The translations under genes and the position numbers were made by a program. DNA of 55,325 bases, the filler included, from Squatina squatina (taxonomy: Eukaryota): the NCBI GenBank assembly GCA_031763465.1. It is 4 parts of 4 records of this genome, joined end to end, with 100 filler letters (N's around TTAATTAATTAA, not from the genome) between each part and the next. Parts side by side here need not be neighbours in the genome. Positions count along the whole stretch, not along the records: positions 1 to 14,447 come from JARFOE010000013.1; 3 more parts are not named here. One strand, given 5' to 3'. A model generated the notes under the pieces. The model saw only the letters and a program-made list of their open reading frames with translations, made no database searches and was not told where the DNA came from. Shown in pieces: positions 1-13,239 of the stretch (positions are counted from its first letter, which is position 1; every line of letters starts with the position of its first letter).

Positions 1-848
1 ATACGCGGATACGATGCGTGGCCCACTATGCAGAGAGGCCCAGAAGCCGAAATCTCCGAACCTCCACGGACCCAAGGTAAGTTCGCAGAAATATTTACGG
101 TCGGAGGCATCCGCACACAGGAAGCCTCCGACCGCCAATGTCTTATATTTGAGACTGTGGTATACAAAAGATATTACAGTGGGGATTAAGGAAACACTTT
201 TAAACATGAATGAGGACAGGCAATTTTAAACACACACGGTTGCTCTACTTATGATTTAAAAAAGAAATGCTAGTTATTTGAAGAATTTTATTCAGCCATG
301 TACATCAGATTTGCTGCACTTCATAAAAGGCAAGAAATTATTACTGGTCCAAATTAAAACTTCTATTCTGGTTTACTTGAAGTTAGTGATCATAAATAAG
401 TTTGTTGCATCTTCCACCTGATTTCAACTGCTGGCATAAATAAAAAGTGAAGGGCTTATCTGACAGGAACAATTAAAATGCAGCAACCTGCTGAGTATCA
501 TCTGTTCTCTCCTTAGCAATTGGACAACTCAGCTCCGACCTCCCCCAAGGCACTGCTTCAGTCAACACTTCTCTCTGCACCATCTTTATGACAGGTCCAC
601 CAGCAACACTTGGGAATACGAGGAGTGATGTGATTCCTCCTCCCACACACATGTACTTACACCTACGAGTAGTTATGCAAAGGAAAAAAATGTGCATTAA
701 CAACTAACCATCTGGATCCGATGCACAATACGTTATGGTACGGAAGGCNNNNNNNNNNNNNNNNNNNNNNNNNNNNNNNNNNNNNNNNNNNNNNNNNNNN
801 NNNNNNNNNNNNNNNNNNNNNNNNNNNNNNNNNNNNNNNNNNNNNNNN

Positions 849-970
849 TTATTTTACTGAACTAATGATCTGGGGACAGGAGTTCAAATCCCATCACGGC
901 AGCTAGGGAATTCAAATTCAATTAATTAAATAGATCTGGAATAAAATGCTGGCATCAGTAATGGTGACCA
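849..970 (+). mobile_element. tRNA-derived SINE 5' fragment
   Basis: B-box-like GAGTTCAAATCCC near 880, followed by a body sequence resembling shark SINEs; truncated by a gap. Confidence 0.5.
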
Positions 971-3900
971 CATAGAGGGGTGCTATTTTCAAGGAAATAA
1001 ATATTTGGCAAATTTTGCTTTGGAGGGACAGGCGTCAGGTGGTCATTTTGGTACGACGACAACATATGCAGTAACAATGACTTTTATGAAAATTATCTGT
1101 TTACATTGTGTGCTTGTAAATGAAATAAAAAGGCTGCAATACACATTCTTCATGAAGGTGGTGCACCTTTAAATTCTACTTCACAGCCACGTCAACAACA
1201 ATATCTGGCTGCCTTCATGGTTAAGCTGTGTATTGTATATTTAGGAAAACAAATTGTGCTGGATGTCACAAAGATTTGATGGACAGTGTAATGAAGTCTA
1301 TCAAGTGATGAACAGTTGACCTTAAAAATAAAATGGTTTCATTCACTCAAAGATGATAGAATCTTACATCCCATGTATATAACAATTCATCCATCCGGAA
1401 ACTGAGCATTTAAGGTTGGTGCACATATGTGCAGATTTTTAAAAAGAATCAAAATTGTTGTTCTGAATTCTTGGGCTTCAGCCTTGAACCATCTTTAAGA
1501 AATAAATTATACCAGTACTGGTCAACAAAAAATCATTTTAAAATGCTCATCTGCCGTAATAAGAAAATAATTGTGGGACAGATTGTCAATAAAACTCTCA
1601 GCCACAGTCTCTGGGGCAGATAATTAAATGGTGGGCTTTATGCAACTTCACCGTTAGTCAATTATTAAAAAGAGAGTTTCGGTCATGCTTTCAAAGATCT
1701 AATTTCTTGGCAACAGTAATGCTTTTCTANNNNNNNNNNNNNNNNNNNNNNNNNNNNNNNNNNNNNNNNNNNNNNNNNNNNNNNNNNNNNNNNNNNNNNN
1801 NNNNNNNNNNNNNNNNNNNNNNNNNNNNNCTGTACAATTCATTATTTACAAACCAGATCTGTCTTTTGAATACCGCAACAAAAAGTCAACACAGTGAACA
1901 TTTATACACATATATAATTCATGATACATTTAACTACCATATACCTAAGAGTACAGGGAAATTTATTCCTCTTGCTGTACAAAGCCACACCTTGTCCTTA
2001 GTCACTGGTAATTTTGAGCTGCTGTCTCCTCTTCTAAATATGTAGTCTCACAGATTTCTAATAAAACATATACTTTTTTAAAAAATGCAGTACATTATTT
2101 AGAGCCACCAAAACTAATTCAGAAAGCATTTCAGTACCATCCTACAATGATCTAGTGAATGCATTTCCATTGTATAGTTTCGTTGAAAGTATAAAGCGTA
2201 TTACTCTGCTCGAAAATTAGTTCAAATTTTTCTAACTGGCATTTCGCTAAACCCCCTACAGCTTTTTCATGCAATGTAATTACAGCCTGTGCCATAAATT
2301 CACAGTTTTATGTCAACTTATATTTGGCACTATGTAATTTATCCAACTTTTTTTTCTCTCCCTTCCTTCATTCCAAGATGTCTATTAATTTCATTCAGCA
2401 GAAAACTAAAGACGTATAATGGAAATAAAATGGAGTAGCAGCAATGACTAACTNNNNNNNNNNNNNNNNNNNNNNNNNNNNNNNNNNNNNNNNNNNNNNN
2501 NNNNNNNNNNNNNNNNNNNNNNNNNNNNNNNNNNNNNNNNNNNNNNNNNNNNNNNNNNNNNNNNNNNNNNNNNNNNNNNNNNNNNNNNNNNNNNNNNNNN
2601 NNNNNNNNNNNNNNNNNNNNNNNNNNNNNNNNNNNNNNNNNNNNNNNNNNNNNNNNNNNNNNNNNNNNNNNNNNNNNNNNNNNNNNNNNNNNNNNNNNNN
2701 NNNNNNNNNNNNNNNNNNNNNNNNNNNNNNNNNNNNNNNNNNNNNNNNNNNNNNNNNNNNNNNNNNNNNNNNNNNNNNNNNNNNNNNNNNNNNNNNNNNN
2801 NNNNNNNNNNNNNNNNNNNNNNNNNNNNNNNNNNNNNNNNNNNNNNNNNNNNNNNNNNNNNNNNNNNNNNNNNNNNNNNNNNNNNNNNNNNNNNNNNNNN
2901 NNNNNNNNNNNNNNNNNNNNNNNNNNNNNNNNNNNNNNNNNNNNNNNNNNNNNNNNNNNNNNNNNNNNNNNNNNNNNNNNNNNNNNNNNNNNNNNNNNNN
3001 NNNNNNNNNNNNNNNNNNNNNNNNNNNNNNNNNNNNNNNNNNNNNNNNNNNNNNNNNNNNNNNNNNNNNNNNNNNNNNNNNNNNNNNNNNNNNNNNNNNN
3101 NNNNNNNNNNNNNNNNNNNNNNNNNNNNNNNNNNNNNNNNNNNNNNNNNNNNNNNNNNNNNNNNNNNNNNNNNNNNNNNNNNNNNNNNNNNNNNNNNNNN
3201 NNNNNNNNNNNNNNNNNNNNNNNNNNNNNNNNNNNNNNNNNNNNNNNNNNNNNNNNNNNNNNNNNNNNNNNNNNNNNNNNNNNNNNNNNNNNNNNNNNNN
3301 NNNNNNNNNNNNNNNNNNNNNNNNNNNNNNNNNNNNNNNNNNNNNNNNNNNNNNNNNNNNNNNNNNNNNNNNNNNNNNNNNNNNNNNNNNNNGTCTCAAT
3401 GTGGCCTTGGATTCATCATGAATTGAGAAGGTGAGTTGAAGGGCCAAGACCCAGTGTGAAAGGAGAAAGGAAGAGGAGGTGGTTGGGGCAGTAGCTGGTC
3501 AGGTAACCCCAAGTCCATGGGCTCGAAGGGGAGATTGGGGCAGACGATTTCACTTCCATTCTTTGCAGTTGAAGCACTATTTCAGTTGCGACGATTTCTG
3601 AGTTTCCTTGACATTCAGTTTCGCACGGCTGGGTTTTACAATGCGGCTGGACGGAATGTTCCATCGCCTATCCCCACCACAAGCGCCTAGAACCTCTTGC
3701 TCCCCCCAACGCGCTCACTGCTCTGTCTGTTCTGGGGGATATAGAACTGAGCCCCGGTCAGTCTCAAGGTGCAAATGGGGCAGTGGGGGCTAAATCCAAG
3801 GGAAATTTCTGAGGAGGGAGTGGAAAAAGGGATCACCGTGTAGATGCAATTTAAAACATCAAAAAACACTGTTTTTTATTGGTGAACATTTATAAAGCGA

Positions 3901-4229
3901 TAATTCAAAATGCGAAGTGCTGCTCTCTACAGCTAGTTGCAATCTCACACATCAGAATAGATAGATATAAAAAAAGCCTTTGCTGTTAACCACTGATTGT
4001 CAAAACGGAAAGGTACATTGTGCAATGCTCTCCCGCACTAGGACATCTATCTAAAGCTTGCACAATGAGCAACACGTACAACTCGAGACAGCAACGACCA
4101 CACGTTCAATACTGCAGGCAACATTCAGCACTCTGTGGCTCAGCGAGCCTGTCCACTGACTAACTGGGACCATCCAAATCCAAGCTGGTTCCTTGGCCTG
4201 AGCTCAGGGGCTGACTTGATCAAGGTGTT

Positions 4230-4890
4230 AAAGAATTAAAGAAAAAACATTTGGGATCCTGGGCTTTGTGAACAGAGGCATTGAGTTAAAAAAAAAACGC
4301 GAGGAAGTTATGCTAAACCTTTGTAAATCACTGGTTAGGCCTCGGCTGGAGTATTGTGTCCAATTCTGGGCACCGCACTTTAGGAAGGATGTCAAGGCCT
4401 TGGAGTGGGTGCAGAAAAGATTTACTTGAATGGTTCCAGGAATGAGGGACTTCAGTCACATGGATAGGCTGGAGAAACTGGGGCTGTTCTCCTTAAAGCA
4501 GAGAAGGTTAATATGCAATTTGATGGATGCATTCAAAATCTTGAAGGGGTTTGATAGAGTAAATAAGGAGAAACTCTTCGGCACAAGGGTTGGTAACCCG
4601 AGGGCACAGATTTAAGATAATTGGCAAAAGAACCAGAGAGAGATGAGGACAAAATATCTAACACAGCGAGTTGATATGATCTGGAGCCCACTACCTGAAA
4701 GGGTGGTAGAAGTAAATTTAATAATAACTTTCAAAAGGCAATTGGATAAATACTTGAAAAGGAAAAGAAATTGCAGGGCTATGGGGGAAGAGCAGGTGGA
4801 GTGAGGCTAATTGGGAAACCCTTTCAAAGAGCCGGCACAGGCACGATAGGCCAAATGGCCTCCTTCTCTGCTGTACCATTCTATGATCTC
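4230..4890 (+). mobile_element. CR1/HER1-type LINE 3' portion (ORF2 C-terminus plus 3' tail), decayed
   Basis: Translates LEYCVQFWAPHFRKDVKALEWVQKRFT*MVPGMRDFSHMDRLEKLGLFSLKQRRL, typical of the CR1 ORF2 end; tail GGCCAAATGGCCTCCTTCTCTGCTGTACCATTCTATGA. Confidence 0.9.
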
Positions 4891-6048
4891 TAAATCTATT
4901 TTTTAAATTTACATGTTTTGTCACGAAAACAATCCACTAAGTATGTCTACACTGGAGCAATAAGTATTGTATGAGCTGTTGAGGACTATTTTTCTGGAAA
5001 TGCAGATATTTTGTTGAAAGCTGGCCATTTTCGTTAAATTACGCATAATCGTTAAATTCTTACAGCAGCCGAGGTAGCCGAGTGGTGTACTGCAGATTTT
5101 GCAAGTGGGTTTACTGCACATCATGTACCGGATTTATAATTCATGGGGGTTCTGTCAGAAAATAGCTTTCCGGATCATCATGGCCTTAAACTCCAAAAAT
5201 AAAAAGTGGGTATACTTAACATACCCTCGACTACAGCCCTATATCTGGCGTAATCAACGGGTGATTGCATTTTTAAAAAGGAGCGGGTTTTAAAGGGGTG
5301 ATGCAGCCGGTTTGTGGTCTGGCTTAGTTCCCAGTTTATCACAGCGGGACCATTCTTTAGCATCAGTCCTCACTCATGTGTAAACTGGAAAATAATACAG
5401 ATGAACAGCATTTGAAAATGAACAGAACAAGGGGAAGGGGAAAAGTGACCAAAAAAATTACAATGGCCACTGTTTCTCTGCTGAGCCACCACTTGTTAGT
5501 CAAGTCCCTGCTAACTCTTGTCTACTGTGCTGACAGAGATTGACGTTGAGCGCCAGATGGAGTGTTGTAATTAAGTGTTTCAGATGACGTGAACCTTTTG
5601 AGCACTTTGTATCTGTTATTTGAATTTGAGATTAGATTGGAGTATTTGGAGTTTGTCTATTTTCTGTGAAGGAAGTTGGTTCCACTGTATGATAGTTACA
5701 AAAATGATATTAAATGCGTGATGATATCATCAGAAAGTTTTAAGATTTTGTTTCATGGTAGTTTATCCAGTTTTAAATGTGATTAAATTCAAAGACACAA
5801 TGAATGCATTTAATAAACAATTGTTACTTTGTGATTGTACTGTAACCAAAACATGTAATAATCAGGTTGGAACTATAGCAGAATATGGTTTCCCTAATGG
5901 ATTAAAAAAAATCAATCAACATATTTAAAGCAAAATGTATGGGTGACTTGGAGCTACATACTGTGACTGACTCTTAATCGGGTTTAACAGATGCATTACT
6001 GAGAAAAAAGGCTATCTTCCTACGGCTGGCGTTTCAATTTCAGATTTT

Positions 6049-6214
6049 GGGCCTGAAATTGATGGGCGCCACGCTTAAAAGGCGTATGANNNNNNNNNNC
6101 CAGCTGAATTTTCCGGGAGGCTAGATGGCCGCCTCGCAGTGCCATTTCTTTTAATGTCCCATTGGCGTCCCTTGGAGGCGCTAATGGGGCATTACAGGAG
6201 CTCAGTTTTGGCCC
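6049..6214. mobile_element. GC-rich MITE-like element with imperfect TIRs
   Basis: Starts GGGCCTGAAATTGA and ends TCAGTTTTGGCCC (reverse complement GGGCCAAAACTGA); contains a 10-N gap. Confidence 0.55.
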
Positions 6215-6442
6215 TTCTGTGTCTTTAGTCATCAAGGTCATTGTTTTGCCTCCAAATAACCACTTCTTGTTAACCAAGTCCTTGCTGTCTCTTGTCTACT
6301 TTGCTGGCAGGGATTGACACTGAAAAAATAGATCACAAGATAGAGAGGTACTCTCAGACTGTAAACATATTATCAGACTTCCTCTTACTACAATGCTGCA
6401 GTGTTTCTGATGTAACAATAAGCAATCAAATGTCAGATTAAC

Positions 6443-7172
6443 TCAGTGCCTCTGAATCAGGAGGTCATGGGTTCAAGTCACATTAATCTCGGCTGACACT
6501 TCAATGCAATACTGAGGTAGTACTGCATTGATCGAGCTGTTGGCCTAGCAATTGGATTATAGCCCAAGTGGGAAATCTGAGTGCAGCGGATGCACCTAAT
6601 GAGGCTGGAAAATTGAGCTGCTGGCATAATTTGTATGTCACGCCCAGAGGCAGCTCGCCAGGGCGGGGGCATGAGGGGGGAAACCGAGTTCGGCTGACTG
6701 AGATTGAGGGCCCAAGCCCAGAAGGATGGAGGCACTCTGGTGGGTGGCATGCAAGGCCAGCAGCGGTCCCCAGTTTTAATTTGGAGCCAGGAGAAGTCGT
6801 TTTCTTCTGTTGCAACTTCTGGTGCGGATTGAGCGAGCGCACGCCATACTGGGCGCTGTGCAATTGAATTTGTGGGTTGCTATCTTTCAAATGAAACGTT
6901 AAACTAAGGAACATCTGCCTTCGCAGCTGGAAGTACAAGATCCCATGGCACTATTTGAAGAGGAAGGAGATTTCTTGGTGTCCTGGTCAACATTTATCCC
7001 TCAACCAATACCGCCATTCATTGCATTGTCACTAGTGGGACCTTGTGCATAAATTCTCTGCTGCAATTGCTCACATAACAACATGATTACTCTTCAAAAG
7101 TAATTAATTGGCTGTAAAGTGGTTTGGGATGTCCTGAGGACATGAAATGTGCTATTTAAATACATTTCTTTT
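6443..7172 (+). mobile_element. SacSINE1-like Deu-SINE interrupted by a ~340-bp nested insertion (~6530-6870)
   Basis: tRNA head (GGGTTCAAGTC), Deu domain GATCCCATGGCACTATTTGAAGAGG...CCTGGTCAACATTTATCCCTCAACC and L2-type tail GGCTGTAAAGTGGTTTGGGATGTCCTGAGG; collinear with the uninterrupted copy at 49396-49820. Confidence 0.8.
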
Positions 7173-9772
7173 TTAAAAGAATGAAGTGCAATTCTAAACA
7201 GTATGTATGATTTTCGTCTTCTCTTGTAAATTGGGACATTTTAATTCTATGGGGAAAAAAATTGGATTTGAAATTAAAGTGTGTTGGTGATAATGGCCCA
7301 GGGTGATGAACACATTTTACCTTAGGGTTTTATAATGGTGTACTGCCTAACATATTACTAGTCAGGTGATAAATTATGCTGCATTTCTCATCTGATCAAC
7401 AGTGCCACAGAAGTGTAGATCCTGTCATAACTGGTAGACAACAATTACATCACACAGTACAATTATAACTTAATGGTCTGTGATGTGAAAAATCAGTTTC
7501 ACACACAACGTGAGTAATGGCCATTGAAAAACTAGAATACAGAACTGAGCAGCTGTGCCTTATTAATGTTCTTTCACTTGTGAAATTAGCTCATGCCACA
7601 AAGCAGTTCTGAACTATGCTCTTTCAAACTTATGAAAGGACAAAGGTAATGTATTGGGCTGCCAGTAACATCTCCCATTTCACTTCAGAATTTTCTATTA
7701 GGATTAATCTGTCTCACTCACTCTTCATTCACAGCTGTCTGTCATTCAAACCCAAATTACACTTTATTTACATTTTCAGCTTCTGGTGTGTAAATTTAGA
7801 ATATATTCTTATATTAGCACATAACCTATTCAGGCTTTTGGTACCTACAATAGACATTTGCAGAAAAACAACAAAAGATCAGGTATCCAGCTGAAATGTT
7901 GTAGCTGATCACAGTGCTGTCTCCTAGCAAATGAATTTAAATGGTTTTCAACATTAATGTTCTATAAGCTAGAAGAAACTTTTAGATTGATTTATACATT
8001 TTGCTCTCCAGCCACATAGCATTCTGTTACTTGACTGAACCTTCTCACAAAAAAGTTACTATTTAAAGTAGGAGCATACACAAAATAGTGTCAAAGACAT
8101 CGTTCACTTCTTCCATGGAAATTATGAAGCTTCAAAGTCCAATTTGAGAAATCACTATTTTGGAGAGGATTTACTTNNNNNNNNNNAAAAAAAATGACTT
8201 TACGTTTAAAGTAATGTAATATAAACTTCACCATGGTGTGGTTTAATGCAGTTGAAAATTAGAGTCACCTGTCGACATTATTAACCTTGGAAATGAATGG
8301 TCTGCTCTAAATGTGTGGACAAAGATCAGCCCTCCCATTCACAACACCTTCAACCTCTGTCCTCCCAAACTGTCTGAACGAACGGCTTCCAGCTGATTCA
8401 CATTGGGCACACATTTTAAATAATATTCTCAGTAACATTTAATTATACTTGTGACTAAAAGAGACAGCGATCATCCCTGCTCTCAAATAAATGTCGAATA
8501 CAAGCAAAATGTTTCCAAATAGTGACTGCAAACACAAGCAATGCGCTGATTTGTTTTCGCACATGTGCCAGACTCACGAAGTGCAACGCATAATCTAATA
8601 GGGTATAATCACAAAATTACGGGTTGACTGTAAACGAATTGAAGTATCCAGCCGTAATAAGCAATGAAGTCGTGTCGCTGATTAATTACAGGGGAGTTGC
8701 TACTACAATAATCTATTTGCAGCCCAAAGAACCAGAATTAATGTAGACACCCTACATAGGTCCGTTTAAAACTCAGTCTGATTAGTACAGTATTCCCAAA
8801 AGCTTCAGTTATATCATCTAATGCCATGCATTAAGTTGGCAGCGCGGCTGTATTTTACAAAGTGAGCTCAACGTGCTAAAGTGCCTTGCATAATATTTTT
8901 AAATACAGTTCTTATTAAAACGATTAGCATATCTACTGGACGACATGGTGGGCACCGAAATAATATTTACAACGTACATTTAATTAAGGCTACTAACTGC
9001 CATCCCCAATATTTATGACGGCTATTACTGCAACGATACCGATATTTACTATCAACCTCCCAAAACTGTGCCAGCTGAACAATGTGCGAATGCTGGACCT
9101 ACATTGGTGGAACCGTGCTTTAAAATGCAATATCTGCAAATTTCAAAGAACGGTCCCGAGCGTTCCATGTGAACACTTCCGGTCTNNNNNNNNNNNNNNN
9201 NNNNNNNNNNNNNNNNNNNNNNNNNNNNNNNNNNNNNNNNNNNNNNNNNNNNNNNNNNNNNNNNNNNNNNNNNNNNNNNNNNNNNNNNNNNNNNNNNNNN
9301 NNNNNNNNNNNNNNNNNNNNNNNNNNNNNNNNNNNNNNNNNNNNNNNNNNNNNNNNNNNNNNNNNNNNNNNNNNNNNNNNNNNNNNNNNNNNNNNNNNNN
9401 NNNNNNNNNNNNNNNNNNNNNNNNNNNNNNNNNNNNNNNNNNNNNNNNNNNNNNNNNNNNNNNNNNNNNNNNNNNNNNNNNNNNNNNNNNNNNNNNNNNN
9501 NNNNNNNNNNNNNNNNNNNNNNNNNNNNNNNNNNNNNNNNNNNNNNNNNNNNNNNNNNNNNNNNNNNNNNNNNNNNNNNNNNNNNNNNNNNNNNNNNNNN
9601 NNNNNNNNNNNNNNNNNNNNNNNNNNNNNNNNNNNNNNNNNNNNNNNNNNNNNNNNNNNNNNNNNNNNNNNNNNNNNNNNNNNNNNNNNNNNNNNNNNNN
9701 NNNNNNNNNNNNNNNNNNNNNNNNNNNNNNNNNNNNNNNNNNNNNNNNNNNNNNNNNNNNNNNNNNNNNNNN

Positions 9773-10283
<511 letters not shown>

Positions 10284-11637
10284 ANNNNNNNNNNNNNNNN
10301 NNNNNNNNNNNNNNNNNNNNNNNNNNNNNNNNNNNNNNNNNNNNNNNNNNNNNNNNNNNNNNNNNNNNNNNNNNNNNNNNNNNNCGACATCCTGAAGGCT
10401 CCAGTTTCATTGATTGGAAGTTGAACAGCTGTGAAATGGTAGCTTTTATACCACTTTTGCAGCTGTCAACTATTCAGATCAATGGAGAGTCATTGAGAAC
10501 CCAACACATTTACCTGATGTGCTCCGCGAGGGACGTGACCCTCATTAAAAACTTGGAAATTTCCTTTGGTAAAATTCTGCTTAAATAGCACAATTGCCTG
10601 ACACGTCACATAGTGCTGGGTCTGCAATCAGCAGGCTGACCCAGCACTTTGGAAATTCATAAGGAGGCGGGTTCAGAGCCGGATCCCGCCCCTCTGTCAA
10701 TCATGGCCATTTTGACAGCGGACCCGCATCCAAAGTCGCACTCGCAGGGCTGGTAAGATTCCGGTCTTAATGTGCCTCCAGATGTGGTTTTGTTTCTCTT
10801 TACTTTTGGCTGTCACTTCTTCACCCTTTCTCCTCTCAACCTTGGCAAAGGCTGTCAAAGGGTTGAAATATTTTATTAGCCTTTCCAGAGGCTGCATGGG
10901 TTTTTGACCCTCATTCTGTCATTACTTTTTAATTGTCTCTATCCCTTTCCATTTCACTTGAATTGCAATTTTACATCACAGCAGTAGGCTACCACCCTGT
11001 AGATGTCCAAATCAGCACTTGGAGCTGTGAAGAATTGTGTAACAAAGCTGACTGAGTAAAATTGCCATTCTGGCTAGATTTGAATCAGCTCTCAATCATT
11101 CAGGTTTGAATTAGAGTGGTACATTAAATCTGACCCCACTGTGAGGAAATTGGACTTTGAAACAAAACCAAAGCTCATTTGAGACTCCTGTTTGTGTCAA
11201 ATTCACCAGTTTTGGCAAGGCCACCTGAGAGAATAGGAGGGCAAACTGACCAGGGAGAAGATAAACTCTCCTGACACGACTATTGAAAAAATACATTCTT
11301 GCAGTTTGTGGAAATACGTGAAAATCATTCTTGCTTGACTCTTGAGAGCAACAAAATTGTGAAGGCTAAACTGTAAGTGAAAGAAATTAGGGAAATATGA
11401 AAACAATTAAGAAATATATTGTTCTTCTATACTGGCAAAAACAAAACTTACTCTTTATACTGCTGATATACAACTCAAGGGTGTGTAGTCCTCCCAGCTG
11501 CACAGCACTAATTTCAAACAAATAAGACTGAAAAAGAACATGCATCATCAATATCTTGAGCAAAACTGTATCATGACATAGTAAGAAGAGCTATTATACA
11601 TTTTTTTTACATGCATGCTCTCTGTTGCATCAAATAC

Positions 11638-11786
11638 CTGTGTATCTTCTGCTTCTTTGTGCAAAGGTTTGAGGAGGCTTCTGTCTCCTGTATCACCATT
11701 GTCCCCATACAAACACAAAGAAACAGTAGCAGGATGTTCCATGTCCAAAAAATCACTGCAGTACATTTTTATCTGATATGTCAGAA
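11638..11786 (-). CDS. RP1: PLAT/LH2-domain exon, probably from the long RP1 isoform
   Basis: tttacag acceptor and gtattt donor, 149 nt; LTYQIKMYCSDFLDMEHPATVSLCLYGDNGDTGDRSLL fits the PLAT pattern Y..(V)xLxLYGxxGDTGxRxL. The gene name rests on RP1-XKR4 synteny (same strand, upstream). Confidence 0.6.
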
Positions 11787-12572
11787 CTGTAAAAAAAACA
11801 AATTATAAAAGAAGTAGCAACATTTAACCAACAACACTAAAATACATTTCAATTAAATTGTACTTAATAATACAACAGACATTGTTGTTACACAATGCTG
11901 CAATAATATTTCATTTCCAATATTTTCCCCAGACCGAGCTTTTTTCTATGTAGCTAAAATTACATTTAAAAATGTAGGGTGGATTTTCATTTGCATAGCT
12001 GCCTGTTTTTGGGTGGTTTGGGGTGTTCAAAAGAGACAAGTAGGGTGGTGTATCTTACTACGTAATCGTAATTCAATGCATTTTACTCCCAGGAGAGGAA
12101 AGTCACATTTATGGCCCACCCTAAGCTTTCCCTGCTGCATGTAAGTGGGGATCGGTGAGCATGGCCAAGTAATCTCCACCATTTCCTACAAATAGCAACG
12201 CTAACCTAACCATGTGAAAAAGTGGCAGTAGGAACAACAAAGTGCTATTCCNNNNNNNNNNNNNNNNNNNNNNNNNNNNNNNNNNNNNNNNNNNNNNNNN
12301 NNNNNNNNNNNNNNNNNNNNNNNNNNNNNNNNNNNNNNNNNNNNNNNNNNNTAATGCATATTGTTGTTGTTGTATATGTTCAAGTCCTGCTGCATAACTC
12401 AGAGAAAAGAATGCTACCAGCAGAGCCAAAATGACAGTTACTTCAGAGAAACAAGTACCATATTCAAATAAGGACATACTTCACCCAGTTCTTTAGCGGC
12501 TCCAGTTTACCAGTGTGCTTACTAACATTGCAAAAACAGATACATTCTGCAGTGTATGCATTAATGACTTAC

Positions 12573-12730
12573 CTCAAATGTCACAAAGTCCAAATAATGA
12601 GATATTTTAGTCACCAAAGGAATAGGATTAGATTTTTTCATTATTCCATATATTATCATTTCCAACTCAATTCTATTCACTGATTTTGCATTATCATTGC
12701 GGTATGACAGGTAGATTTTCCATTTGCCAC
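12573..12730 (-). CDS. RP1: Second, divergent PLAT/LH2-like exon, probably from the long RP1 isoform
   Basis: gatccag acceptor and gtaagt donor, 158 nt, same phase 1-to-0 as the previous exon; GKWKIYLSY...IELEMIIYGIMKKSNPIPL...VTFE. Confidence 0.5.
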
Positions 12731-13239
12731 CTGGATCAAGAGCAAGGTCCAATATCAAGGATTGCTATGTCATTTTAATTTTGCAAAAACAGTAAGAAGA
12801 TTAGCATTGGCCATCAATGTACCTGATTTAAGCTGTTGCCAGGATGGAAGTTCTTGGTAATCTTTGTTTTGCCGAAGTTCTAAATTAATTGAGAATATTT
12901 TTTAGTTAAAGTTTGTTTTCTGAATAATTTCATGATCAGTTTTGTTTCACAGGCTTTGCACTATGAATTTAGTGCAGCAAAATCATATCACATTTACAAT
13001 GCGCCACATCTAGCACACAATGGAAATCTTTGCCTCAGTGATTTAATGAGTTGTGCCAATAACATCTCCCCCAAAGGTCTGGGTGCTTCTGATGCACTCC
13101 TGCCATAGGTTGGATAGGAGTGTGGTGAAAANNNNNNNNNNNNNNNNNNNNNNNNNNNNNNNNNNNNNNNNNNNNNNNNNNNNNNNNNNNNNNNNNNNNN
13201 NNNNNNNNNNNNNNNNNNNNNNNNNNNNNNNGCGTCTAT

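Noticed and set aside
2395-3447. Long ORFs spanning N runs (also 9015-10199, 20405-21298, 47813-48877)
   Set aside because: They are open only because N codons are not stops
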